Source: Chiloscyllium plagiosum
Lineage: Eukaryota
Length of the DNA: 64,000 nucleotides
Direction of reading: 5' to 3'
Assembly (NCBI RefSeq): GCF_004010195.1
Contig: NC_057749.1
Span: 25,850,033 to 25,914,032 of the forward strand
Below are positions 36,701 to 48,677 of this stretch, one piece after another (the first letter of the stretch is position 1; each line of letters begins with the position of its first letter). A program made the position numbers and the translations under genes. The notes under the pieces were generated by a model. It saw nothing but the letters and a program-made list of their open reading frames with translations, ran no database searches and was not told the DNA's origin.

Positions 36701-37904
36701 AGTTGGGATCTGTGTTGAGCAGTTGCCACCTCAATTGTATGCAGTGACTGGCCAGATGGATCACCACAACTGCATGCATCTATGTGCAACGAAAGAAGCT
36801 GTTCCGTCACTGCAGGCAGCTGATCAGGAAGATGTGATCTCACCTTTGGCATGGAGTACAGAACCAGCATCAATCCCAGAGGTCCACTGATCCCCAGCAA
36901 CGGAAATGAACCAGCAACAACAGTTAATGTGGCAACATCACTTTGCATGGGAATGACATTCCCTGGAGGATTAAAACATCACCCTCGGAATGAACAGATA
37001 CTAGACGAACAGACAATGGGGAATGTGCATATATTCCATTTAAAGGCGTGTGCCATTTAAAAACTGCATATGCAGAAGTTGACAGAAATAGACTGACAAG
37101 AGTTAATACAGCATTCTGGTAATAAAGGATAATTTTCTTTGAGACCGTGAGAAACTAGTAACTTCTGCACATGTATTGCACGCAACCTTTAAATCACTCA
37201 CGCCTTTAAATGGTTTGCATTTCCCATTGTCTGTACTTTTTAATACAAAGGAGAAGTTTGGAAAAATGCAGTTTTAGATAGTTCTAATCAACCTGTTCAG
37301 AAATAATATAATGCAAATTTGGAGCAGGTAGGACTTGAAACCTGGTTTTCTGGTCGGAAGAATAACACAGCACCAAAAGATCACTTTACTAAGATACAAT
37401 TTCTGAGTATACTGGCTGGCTTGCTGTAATCAGAAAGCACCTATCACTGTTGCAAATACCTTTTTGTGCAATCTGGGGCAGCCATTAAGTACACATCACT
37501 TGAAACATGTTTGGCGCTGCAGGATGTTGTTGGAGAGACTGGAATTATAGAACACATTTTAAAAACTAGAGCTTCTCATTTAAGATTGAGATGAGGGGGA
37601 TTTTTTTTTTCTCTCAGAGAATTGAGAGGTTCTTTCCCATACAGCAGTGGAGGGGCAGGATCATTGAATATGCTTAAGGCTGAGGGAGATAAGATTCTTG
37701 CTTAAAAAGGGACTGAATGATTATCAGAGGTAAGCAAGAATATAGCTTGGAGGTCACAATAACATCAGCACCTCTTGTAGAATATGCAAGTAGGCATGGG
37801 AGGACCAAATGGTCTACTCCTGCTATTAATTTGTACCTTCATACTTTTGTATAAAGTAATTAAAACTTTTGTCAAAGCTATTCCTGAGAGGCTTAAACAC
37901 AACT

Positions 37905-39232
37905 GAGAAGTGGAGAAGTTTCTGGAGGGAATTGCAGAGCAACAGTATGTGACGGGTGGCAGTTATAGGAAGGGGGGAAAGTCTCAGATACAGTCACATA
38001 GATGGGTTAACTCCAGGAAGGGTGAGAGAGGTCGGCACCTAGGGCAGGAGCTTTTTGTGGATATACCCATTTCAAACAGGGTATGCTGTTTTGGAAAATG
38101 TAGGGGGTGATGGATTCTCAGGGGAACGTAGCACGAACAGCCAAGTTTCTGGTATTGAGACTGGCTCTAAAGCAACGAGGAGTACGTCGGCTTCCAAGAG
38201 ATCAATTGTATTAGGGCATTCTGTAGTCAGAGGTACAGACAGACGTTTCTGTGGCCAGCAGAGAAAAAGCAGAATGGTGTGTTGTTTCCCTGGTGCCAGG
38301 ATCAAGGATGTCTCAGAGAGGGTGCAGAATGTTCTCACGGAGGAGAGGGGCCAGCAAGAGGTCATTGTCCACATTGGAACCAATGACATTGGAAGGGAAA
38401 AGGTTGAGACTCTGAANNNNNNNNNNNNNNNNNNNNNNNNNNNNNNNNNNNNNNNNNNNNNNNNNNNNNNNNNNNNNNNNNNNNNNNNNNNNNNNNNNNN
38501 NNNNNNNNNNNNNNNNNNNNNNNNNNNNNNNNNNNNNNNNNNNNNNNNNNNNNNNNNNNNNNNNNNNNNNNNNNNNNNNNNNNNNNNNNNNNNNNTGGTC
38601 AGAGTACTGAGTACAAGAGTTGGGAGGTCATGTTGCGGCTGTACAGGACATTGGTTAGGCCACTGTTGGAATATTGCATGCAAATCTGGTCTCCTTCCTA
38701 TCGGAAAGATGTTGTGAAACTTGAAAGGGTTCAGAAAAGATTTACAATGACATTGCCAAGGTTGAAGGATCTGAGCTACAAGGAGAAGCTGAATAGGCTG
38801 GGACTGTTTTCCCTGGAGCGACGGAGGCTGTGGGGTGACCTTATAGAGGTTTACAAAATTATGAGGGGCATGGATAGGATAAATAGACAAAGACATTTCC
38901 CTGGGTTCGGGGAGTTCAGAACTAGAGTGCATAGGTTTAGGGTGAGAGGGGAAAGATATAAAAGAGACCTAAGGGGCAACTTTTTCACTCGCAGGGTGGT
39001 ACATGTATGCAATGAGTTGCCAGAGGATGTGGTGGATGCTGGTACAATTGCAACATTTAAGAGGCATTTGGATGGGTATATGGCACTTTGGGGCCAGCGA
39101 CCATAATTCTATTCGTTTTAAAATAGTGGTGGAAAAGGATTGACTAGATCTAAAAGTTGAAGTTTAGATGGACGGGCATGGACGGGTTGGACCGAAGGGT
39201 CTGTTTCCATGCTGTACATCTCTATGACTCTA
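37905..39232 (+). mobile_element. CR1 element(s): ORF1 SGNH-esterase region, assembly gap, ORF2 3' end
   Basis: IVLGHSVVRGTDRRF..CFPGARIKDV..VHIGTNDIG; LYRTLVRPLLEYCMQIWSP. Confidence 0.88.
38417..38595. other. Assembly gap (179 N)
   Basis: N run. Confidence 1.
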
Positions 39233-39839
39233 AGAGTCTAATGGTGACTGTGAATCTATTGTCAGAAAAGAAAGATCTGATTCACTAATGTCCTTTAGGG
39301 AAGGAAATCTACTGTCCTTACCTGGTCTGGCTTACATGTGACTCCTGGTCCATTTTAACCCATGTGAGTATTAGCTTGGGCCTCTGACTTTCTGTTCCTA
39401 TGATACTGCACCATTGTTCCTCTTTGTTGCTGGGAAGATTTTAAAAGCATATTGCCGAATTTCTTTTTGCATTACTGTTAAGAGAAATAACTCCAGGAGG
39501 ATTGCTTGATACATGATGGAATGTAAGGGAAACCAGTGGTTTTAAATAAATACGTCAGATGGAGAACAATGGAGCAGGATCTGTGTGGTTATCACTGTTT
39601 ATTTTAAATAGGTCTTCCTGTGATTCAGTGATGTGCTTAGACTTTAACCACAGTCTGGTTAGAAATAAACAGCTGCCCGGATGTGGACTGGATAGTAATT
39701 GATACCATGTTCTAAGATGTGTGTCCAAAACATGAGTCAGGAATTAAGAACAGGATTGTTACTGTTCTGATCTCTGTACTGTGCTTCTCCAATTTTACTA
39801 CCTTGTGTATCCTCATAAATGTGCAAACAGGTGCAAGGG

Positions 39840-42800
39840 TATGCCATTCACCATATCAAATCTATTTTGCCATTCAAAAACATCATGATTAATCAGATTT
39901 AAAATCTCGAGCTCACATTTCCGCCTAATGCTGACAACCTTCACCCCATTGTGTACTAAGAATCTATCCACCTCTACCATAAAAATATACAAGAACTCAA
40001 TAATGAGGGGTAGCGATACAGTTAATGGTAGTTATCTTTTCCCTAGAATGCGGGGATTTCAAAACTGGGGGTACATTTTTAAGCTGAGAGGAGAGAGATT
40101 TAAAAAAGACATGAGAGGCAAATTTTTTACACAGAGTGGTTCTTGTGTGGAATGAACCTTCTCAGGAAATGATGGATATGGGTACAATTACAACATTTAA
40201 AAATGTTTTGAAGGTGTATGTGTATACTGTACCTTTAAGAGAGACTGTAAACTGGCACAGACTTAGAGAGGCACCGAGTGTGCTGAAAGAATTTAAAATG
40301 TAACATTTGGCTGTGAAATCAATAGTACAGCTGAGTTGGTATGATACAAAAACAAATTCAAATTTGGCCATTTTAAATTATGCCCCAGATACCAAAATCC
40401 AATCAAATTTGAATTTAGTATTTTGACAACATCAAACCAATGAAATGATCTGGGGTTTGGGGTATAAAGCTGGACATTTTGAACAGCTGGGGGAGAACGG
40501 CCAAGAAAACCAACAAGTATAGACTGCTAGCCGAAGAGCTCTGTGAAAGGTATCAGTGCGTATGAAAGACCTGGGAAGCAGAATATTGAACAAAAAAAAA
40601 CATAGGAAAATTTTACAGAAGAAAATACAAAGAGAACATTCAACATTTGGCTGGTTTTGAAATTTTGAATTTTTAAAAAAATGTTAATGGGGATTTCTAT
40701 CTGACCAGTTTTGCAGAGTGGGAGGTAAAAAGTAGGTTTAAGAGAAAGGAGTTGTAAATAGTTGTCTAGTGTTGTCTTTTGGACTTAAAGAATAAAATTG
40801 TTTATTTTTACTTTAAATAGTGACCTCTGGGGATAGTTCTTTGCCTCTCAAAATTTAACAGATTGTGGCCCGAGGTGAGCTTCTCCGTGGTCAGGTTTAA
40901 ATTAGTAGAGGGGTTTACCCCATGTCATAACAAAAGACATTTGGATAAGTACATGAATAGGAAAGGTTTGGAGGAATATGGGCCAGGAGCAGGCAGGTGG
41001 GACTAGTTTAGTTTGGAATTATGTTCAGCATGGACTGGTTGGACCAAAGGATCTATTTCTGTGCTGTATGACTCTGTGATTCAATTTCCACCACCTTTTC
41101 AGGAAGAGTATTTAAAGATTTATGATTCTGGGACAAATAAGTTTGTCTGATCTCTGTTTTAAATGTATTAAATTATGCAGTGAGCACTAGCTATTAATGC
41201 TCCTATATGTGGAAACATCTTCTCCACATCTTCCTGTCAAGCCCCTCAGGCTCTTATATATTTCAATCAAATCATCTCCTCTTCATCTAAGATGCAGCAG
41301 ATACAAACCTGTCTCTTGGTCAACCTTCCCTCATAAGAAAATTGACCCAACGTAGGTATTCATCTGGGAAACCTTCTTAGAAATTCTTACAGTGTGTTTG
41401 TATCCTTCCTTAAATCAGGTGATCAGTACTGTACAGGGCATTCCAATATCTTGTATATTTGAAGCATAAACTCCCTAGTTATGGATTAAATTGTCTTCAT
41501 AGTAAATTATAACACTTTGTTAGATCTCTTGGACATCTGTACCTGACCTTCTTTCACTCAAGCTTAGGAGGTTAAGAAGTTACCATTTAGTGGTTTAGAA
41601 AATAATGAGGAGCATAGATAAGATGAATGGCAGGCGTCTTTTCCCTAAGGTGGGGGATTTCAAGACTGGGGGGCACATTTTTAAGATGAGAGAAGAAAGA
41701 TTTTAAAAACAAATGGAGGTACATTTTATTTTAGATAGTGAGTAGTTCGTTTGTGAAATGAACTTCCAGTGGTGTATGTGGGTACAGTTAGAAGATTTTA
41801 AAGTTTTTTGGATAAGTACATAAATAAGAAATGTTTGGAGGGACATGGGCCAAGTGCAGGTAGATAAGACTAGTTCAGTTATCACTGGCATGGACTGGTT
41901 GGACCAAAGGGTTTATTTCCATCTATGACTCCATGTATGGATCAATGACTCTTCCTGAATACCAGCCTTTTGGGATTCATGCACCACGATACTCAGACCT
42001 CTGTAACTCAGAACTTTGCAATGTCTCACCATTGAGAAAAAAGTGTTTTTTATTCTTCCTGCCTGAATAGACAATTTCACTCTTTCCCATGTCATACTCC
42101 ATTTGCTAGACCTTTATCCATTGACTTACATAATATGTATCCTTTTGTGGCCTTCATACGTCCTCTTTACAACTTTCCAACTTACCTTTGTGTCATCAGC
42201 AAATTTGGTAACCATACCGTCTATCCCTTCATTCAGGGCATTGAGAACAGTCAAGATCCCAACATTGATCCTTGGGGAACACCATTCAATACAGTTCGCC
42301 AACATGAAAAGACCCATTTATGCTTTTTCTTTGCTTTGTGTTTACTAATCAATCTCCTGTCCACGCTAATATGCTGCCTATGCCACAAACATTATTTCTG
42401 TCATAACCTTTTCATAATGAAACTTTTCAAATGCCCTAAGGCAATAAGATCACAAGAGATAGGAACAAGAATAGGCCATTCGTCCCTACAAGCCTGCTCT
42501 GCCATACAATAGGATCATGGTTGATCTGAAATTCCTCACATCCACTTTCCTGCCTTTTCCCAGTAACCCTTGATTCCCCAACTGATCAAGAATCTATCCA
42601 TCTCAGTCTTAACTATATCTCTGCCATACAATAGGATCATGGTTGATCTGAAATTCCTCACATCCACTTTCCTGCCTTTTCTTGATTCCCCAACTGATCA
42701 AGAATCTATCCATCTCAGTCTTAACTATATACAATCACTCTGCCCCTACAGCTCTCTGTAGCAAGGAAATCCAAAGACTCTGAACCTTCTGAGAGAAGAA

Positions 42801-43333
42801 ATTCCTCCTCATCTCAGTATTAAATTGGCATTCTTTTATTCTAAGACTATTATCTCAGGATCAAGATATAAGAGTACAGTAAATCCAGCCCAGTCTACGT
42901 TATCCATGGCACATGGTATTGCCTCAGAAAACTCCAATAGATTGGTCAAACATGATTTCCCTTTCACAAAACCATGCTGACTCCACCTGATTATTGTGAA
43001 CTTATGTAAGTGTTCTGCTTTAACTTCTTTAACTATAGCTTCAATCATTTACCCTGTGACAGATGTTAAATTAACTGGCCTGTAGTTTCCTGCCTTCTGT
43101 CTCCTCCCCTTTTCAATAAAAAAATCACTTTTCCTAACTCCTAATCTAATGGGACTTTCGCCAAATCAAAAGAGTTTTAAAAATTAAAACCAACTATCTC
43201 ACTAGTCACTTCCTTTAAAGTCCATCAGGAACCAATTATTTGTCAACCTAATAAGTTACTCAATTCTGATTCTTTGGTGATTGTAATTTTCCTGGATTCC
43301 TCCATTTCTTCAATGTCTTGATTTATACCTGCT
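39840..43333. mobile_element. Cluster of nested CR1 fragments on both strands
   Basis: KFADDTKV (42126-42317, minus), QHGFVKGKSCLTNLLEF (42836-43048, minus), several 3' UTRs. Confidence 0.8.
40204..40932 (+). mobile_element. Solo LTR inserted into a CR1 3' end
   Basis: TGTTTTGA...TCATAACA inverted termini, TATAAA near 40463, AATAAA near 40791. It splits the CR1 motif acatttaa/aagacatttgg. TSD aaaa/aaag. Confidence 0.7.
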
Positions 43334-43833
43334 NNNNNNNNNNNNNNNNNNNNNNNNNNNNNNNNNNNNNNNNNNNNNNNNNNNNNNNNNNNNNNNNNNN
43401 NNNNNNNNNNNNNNNNNNNNNNNNNNNNNNNNNNNNNNNNNNNNNNNNNNNNNNNNNNNNNNNNNNNNNNNNNNNNNNNNNNNNNNNNNNNNNNNNNNNN
43501 NNNNNNNNNNNNNNNNNNNNNNNNNNNNNNNNNNNNNNNNNNNNNNNNNNNNNNNNNNNNNNNNNNNNNNNNNNNNNNNNNNNNNNNNNNNNNNNNNNNN
43601 NNNNNNNNNNNNNNNNNNNNNNNNNNNNNNNNNNNNNNNNNNNNNNNNNNNNNNNNNNNNNNNNNNNNNNNNNNNNNNNNNNNNNNNNNNNNNNNNNNNN
43701 NNNNNNNNNNNNNNNNNNNNNNNNNNNNNNNNNNNNNNNNNNNNNNNNNNNNNNNNNNNNNNNNNNNNNNNNNNNNNNNNNNNNNNNNNNNNNNNNNNNN
43801 NNNNNNNNNNNNNNNNNNNNNNNNNNNNNNNNN
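43334..43833. other. Assembly gap (500 N)
   Basis: N run. Confidence 1.
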
Positions 43834-43976
43834 CAGGGAAATTCACCCTTTGATTCAGTTAGACATTGAATAGGCAAATAACCCATTATGCAGAATGGCA
43901 GAACTAAGATTACTTTTCAATTTAACATAAATTGAGAGTGTTAAGTTTCATATCTGTAAGCAAGTCCAAAACATTA

Positions 43977-44128
43977 CAGAGAAACCTTGATTACCCAGCA
44001 TTCGATTATCTGTATCTGGAGTTATCCAACGAGAATGCAAGGTTCCGATGCTTAGCCAAGTTATCTGGCAATTGATTAACCGAACAATACTCCCCGCCCA
44101 TGTCCTTTGGATAATAGAGTTTCCCCTA
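43977..44128. mobile_element. Tigger/pogo-like MITE
   Basis: ta-cagagaaaccttgatta ... ggataatagagtttccccta-ta, degenerate TIRs. Confidence 0.55.
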
Positions 44129-45235
44129 TAGCTTAGTGATGAGTTTCCACTCAATCACCTCTATTTGGACCCTCCCTTCTACCCTGAAGGAGGTTCCTCC
44201 CCTCATTGTGGGTGTAATAAGCTGGTGGTGGCTTCACACCATCTTGTCAATAGTGGCCAATAAACACCAGGCAAGGACAGAATGAAGCCAGGACAGCACC
44301 AGCTTTAAAATCTGAACACATTCAGGATCACAAATTGAAATTTTAAACTAGTATTGCTTTAGCCCAGGGGTAGGAAGCCATTGTTGCTTTGAGAAAGCAA
44401 AGCAGATCTAGAAGGCATAGGGTGAGGTGAAGGATACAAGATCTCCAGTGCAACTTTTTTCACACTGGAGGGTGGTACGTATACAGAATGAGCTGCCAGA
44501 GGAAGTAGGGAAGGCTGGTACAACTGCACCATTTTAAAAGGCATCTGGACAGGTATATGAATAGGAAGGATTGGGAGGGATATAGGCAGGTGGGACTAGA
44601 TTGGGTTGGGATCTCTGGTCAGCATGGAGAGGTTGGACTGAAGAGTCTGTTTCTGTGCTATCCATTTTTTTGGCTGACTCAACACCAAGTTGTAAGATTT
44701 TTAACATCTCCAGTTTTTAGTAGTTATTGGAGGTGGAGGCATGGGGTTGTCTTTTTACAGTGTTATCACCATGCAATAGCCCCACTGCAACTTTAAGGCC
44801 AGCATGGGATGGAACCCAGAATCCTGGTTCTGTCCAAATTCAGACACCACTTGGTACTAGTGAGCAGTCACAGTAAATCAACATCCCTTCAATCTAAATG
44901 GAGGTGGTCTGACTGGGATATATACACGTTACAAGATAAACAAGATAGATGGGTCTAATGTAGAGGACAGTATTTAAGATAGAAGTGATTTAACAACTGA
45001 ATGATTTATTTTCAATAAAATGTTCAGATGAAGCAATAATGTGGGGCTGCCAGTTTTGGACTGGGGTGGACAAGTTGAAACTCATGACACCAGGTTTATT
45101 TGAAATCAAACTTGAGTGCTACTTAGTCAGCTGAACCCATTTCTGTCAACGGACATGACACCAGACTGATGAAGTCATTTATATTCAGATTCCAAGAACC
45201 TAACTCAAAAAGGAATGAAAGTAATTCCTACTTAC

Positions 45236-45300
45236 GCAAAACTGAGGATCTTGGTTTCGAGAAAGCTGTCACCATAGCGAGCAGAAAATATGGGGTCCAG
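45236..45300 (-). CDS. 65-bp exon continuing the SEA domain
   Basis: atttgtttcag / LDPIFSARYGDSFLETKILSF-GC / gtaagt. Phase 0 matches the previous donor, and the sequence fits the SEA segment just before the GSVVV-type motif. Confidence 0.8.
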
Positions 45301-46632
45301 CTGAAACAAATGGCATCTCTTGAATTGCATTGCAAACCAGCCATCCAGCTAACTGACCCTCAACTCCGACCCCAACTGAAGTGACCATGACTGACTTCCT
45401 CCTCAAACTCACCCCTCATCTGAGGCAGTGACCCTCAGGTTAAACCACTAGTTATCTCTCCAATGAGAGCAGTACCATTGTCCTTTTGAACTATGACAAC
45501 TTTATATTGTCTCAAGAAATTATAATTATGCAGTGAGTTTAACAGTGGAACAATGCAAAAATACAACCCTCCTTGATTGAAATTCTAGTGGGACAATAGA
45601 TTGTCAAAACTGTAAGGAAAATGGTGCTAGGCAATATCTAAATTTCTGCTTGATTGATTCAGTTAACCCATTAGGTCTACTTGTCTCAACCTCCCAACAG
45701 TTTACATCTGTAGTATTTACCCTAATTCTGCCCTTCCAAAAAAAGTAATAAGAGCCAATTTAGTTCAGATTGTATTACCACCCACTACAGAAATAAAGTC
45801 CTTCCTTTCTTGTAAAGTAACAAAGTAAATACACATTCATTTGATCCCATGGAGAGCTACAGCATAATAGACTGGGTTTAAGAGTCAGTGGTCAAGCCCA
45901 CATTATGGGAAAAAAATGACAAAAGGTAAGCAATCCTTCAAAGTGATTTGATTACACTAAGACATTGCTACTTTTGGTGAAAATCAAGTCAACTGCATTC
46001 ATTCCAGCTTCAAGCACATTATAGATAAGTGCCCCGTGAAGGGCCATTTACAGTGAAAGCCTAGAAACAGACCCATTGGTCCAACTAGTCCATGCCAACC
46101 ATATGGCCCCACTTGCCTGCATTTGGCTTATATCCCTCCAAAATCTTTCCAATTTACTTATCCAAAAGTCTTTTTAAATACTGTAATTGTTGACCCACAA
46201 TCACCACAAGTTTACGGACTTCCTCTGGAAGCTCATTCCACACAAACCAAGAGAAAAAATTTCCCCTTGCGTCTCTTTAAAATCTCGCTCCTCGCACCTT
46301 AATGTGCCCCCCGTCTCGAAATCATCCAGCCTTTGAGTTTTAACACCTACCATTAGCTATCTATATCCCTCATGCTAAAAACTTTCCTAAGGTCACCTCT
46401 CAGCTGCCTATGCTCCAGCAGGCAAAAGGTCTAGCCTTTATAACTCAAACCCTCCACTCCTAGCAACATCCTGGTAAACCGAAGCTGGAGAGGGTTTTGT
46501 AATATCTGTCCTACAACTGGGTGACCAGAACAGGATACTACTCCAGAAGAACTTAGAGCTTGTCGATTCATTAACTGGAGTCTTTCAAAGCTTTGGTTAA
46601 ATAGTTTTTAAAAAATGAATCTACATACTTAC

Positions 46633-48677
46633 AGTTGCTTTCACCATTGCCTCCAGCTCTTTGTAGGCTTCTGAAGATTTATTACTCAAAGTATCTGTAT
46701 AGTTTTGATTCAGGATTTCAAACTGCAATTGAAGGGGATTGCGGATGACTGAACTATGGGTGTATGAAGCAGTCTGACTGGATTCTATTGTCAAACTGCT
46801 GCCTTCAGGTTCCAGTCCACTAGTTGTCATTGTAAAAAGCTGCATGCCAGGGTCACTGGTTTTCAAGTAACTGCCAATAATTGAACTGGTTTGAGGAGCC
46901 ATATAGCTTGTACTGTCCATGGAAGTGGACAGTTCCTCAGAAATGCTCTGTTCCCAGTTGCTGGAAACAGATTCAGCTCCAGAAACACTAGGCTGAAAAT
47001 TGGGAGTAGATGAAGTTCTAGAGAAGTACTCAGAGTCACCAGGAAACTCACTAGTTGTGGCAATATCTTTACCAATAGATGGTTGTCCATAAGGTAGTGC
47101 TGTAGAAAATTCCACAGAGGTAGAGGACGACCAAGTGGTAGCTACAGAAGTGCAGTGTTCACCCTCTGAAACAGATGGTGGCCAATTGGTCCCAATGGAA
47201 GAGGAAGGGGTGGAGTACACATCCTCAGAAACATCTGGAGATGGATAGTTAGCCCCAATGGAGGAAGGGGCTGTGGAGTACATACTTTCTGAAACATCTG
47301 GAGATGGCCAATTTGACCCAGTTGAAGAGCGAGCAGTGGAATACACATCTGAAACATCTGAAGACTGATAGTTAGCCCCAATGGAAACAAAGTACATATC
47401 CTCTGCAACATTTGGAGATGGATAGTTAGTCCTAATGGAGGCAGCAGTGGAGTACATATCTGAAACATCCGAGGACAGCCAATTGCTCCCAATGGAGGGA
47501 GCAGTTGAGTACATATCCTCTGAAACATCTGGAGATGGATAGTTAGCCCCAATGGAAGAGGTGGTTGTGGAGTATATACTTTCTGAAACATCTGGAGATG
47601 GCCAATTGGTCCCAATGGAAGAGCGAGTGGTGGAGTACACATCCGCCAAAACATCTAGAGATGGATTGTTAGTCCCAATGGAGGGAGCAGTAGAGTACAT
47701 ATCCTCTGAAACATCCGAGTACAGCCAATTGCTCCCATTGGAGGAAGCAGTTGAGTGACCATCCTCTGAAACATCTGGAGATGGATCATTAGTCCCAATG
47801 GACGAAGGGGCTGTGGTGTATACATCCATTGAAGCATGTGTTGCTTGCCACTGGTTACCCTGTGCATTATTGGGTGATCCAGTGGAGTCACTAGACCAAG
47901 AGGTAGACAGCTGCATAAATAAAGCGGAGGTAATACTGCTTGTATTAGCTGCAACAGTAGATTCTATGCTAAACACAGGAAGAGTTGACTCATTTGTGGA
48001 CTCTGATCCAGGTGTGATTGTTTGTTCCACTGATACAAATTTATAAGCACTAGACTCAGCATGTTCTGAAGAGATGGTGCTCAACTCCATTTCATCAACA
48101 GGGAGTGCATGGTCAAGAACTGAGGAGCTTGGCAAATCACCTGGTACACTAGGTAATGTTGATCCCACAGAGCTAATTGGAGACTGGGTTGAAGACATAA
48201 TGGGAACAGTCAGCTCTCTGTGCCAAGTTAGTTTCCCATCTCCACTGGATATTTCAGTTGTTGGACCAGTTGAAGACTCCATTAGGTGTGGAGTTGTAGA
48301 GATCATATTGATATGTTTGGCCTGTGCTTTCCTGGTGAACGGAACAAAGTAGCTCGAAACCATTTCTGTTGGCTGAACAGTTACCAAGTTAAGTGAACGT
48401 TTGTTAGAGGTGGATGTTTCTTCAGATACAGATTCCATTCCTTCACTTTGAAGACCAGTTTCACGGTTGTCAATGCTCAAACCCACTGTAGCTGCTAGAG
48501 ATCGGTCAGTATGTGGAAACTCTGGTTTCCAATCGCCTGTTGCTGTAGATATACTTGAGTGTGCACTCAAAGAAGGAGTTATGGAGAGCTCTTCTGATGT
48601 GTGCGCTTCAGCTGGGGTATTTACCGACAGCAATTGATTCATAATGTCCTCATCTACTGGTGCTCCAAAGAGACCTC
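46633..48677 (-). CDS. Large mucin exon: Ser/Thr/Pro-rich ectodomain, tandem repeats and N-terminal part of a SEA domain
   Basis: Open frame over 2 kb in otherwise stop-ridden DNA. Acceptor ctttctttctcctactcttcag before 48677 (phase 1), donor gtaagt after 46633 (phase 0). Ends LQLQFEILNQNYTDTLSNKSSEAYKELEAMVKAT, resembling SEA N-termini of MUC1/MUC16/IMPG-type proteins. Confidence 0.9.
47150..47830 (-). repeat. Coding tandem repeat, about 11 units of 18-21 aa, consensus IG(T/A/S)N(W/Y)PSPDVSEDMYSTAPSS
   Basis: Repeats are visible in both DNA (gaaacatctggagatgg...cccaatgg) and translation. Confidence 0.95.

Noticed and set aside
43310..43886. Long ORFs over N runs (also 38055-38932)
   Set aside because: Artefacts of assembly gaps.
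47142..48352. Alternative-frame and antisense ORFs over the mucin exon
   Set aside because: Shadows of the repetitive coding exon.
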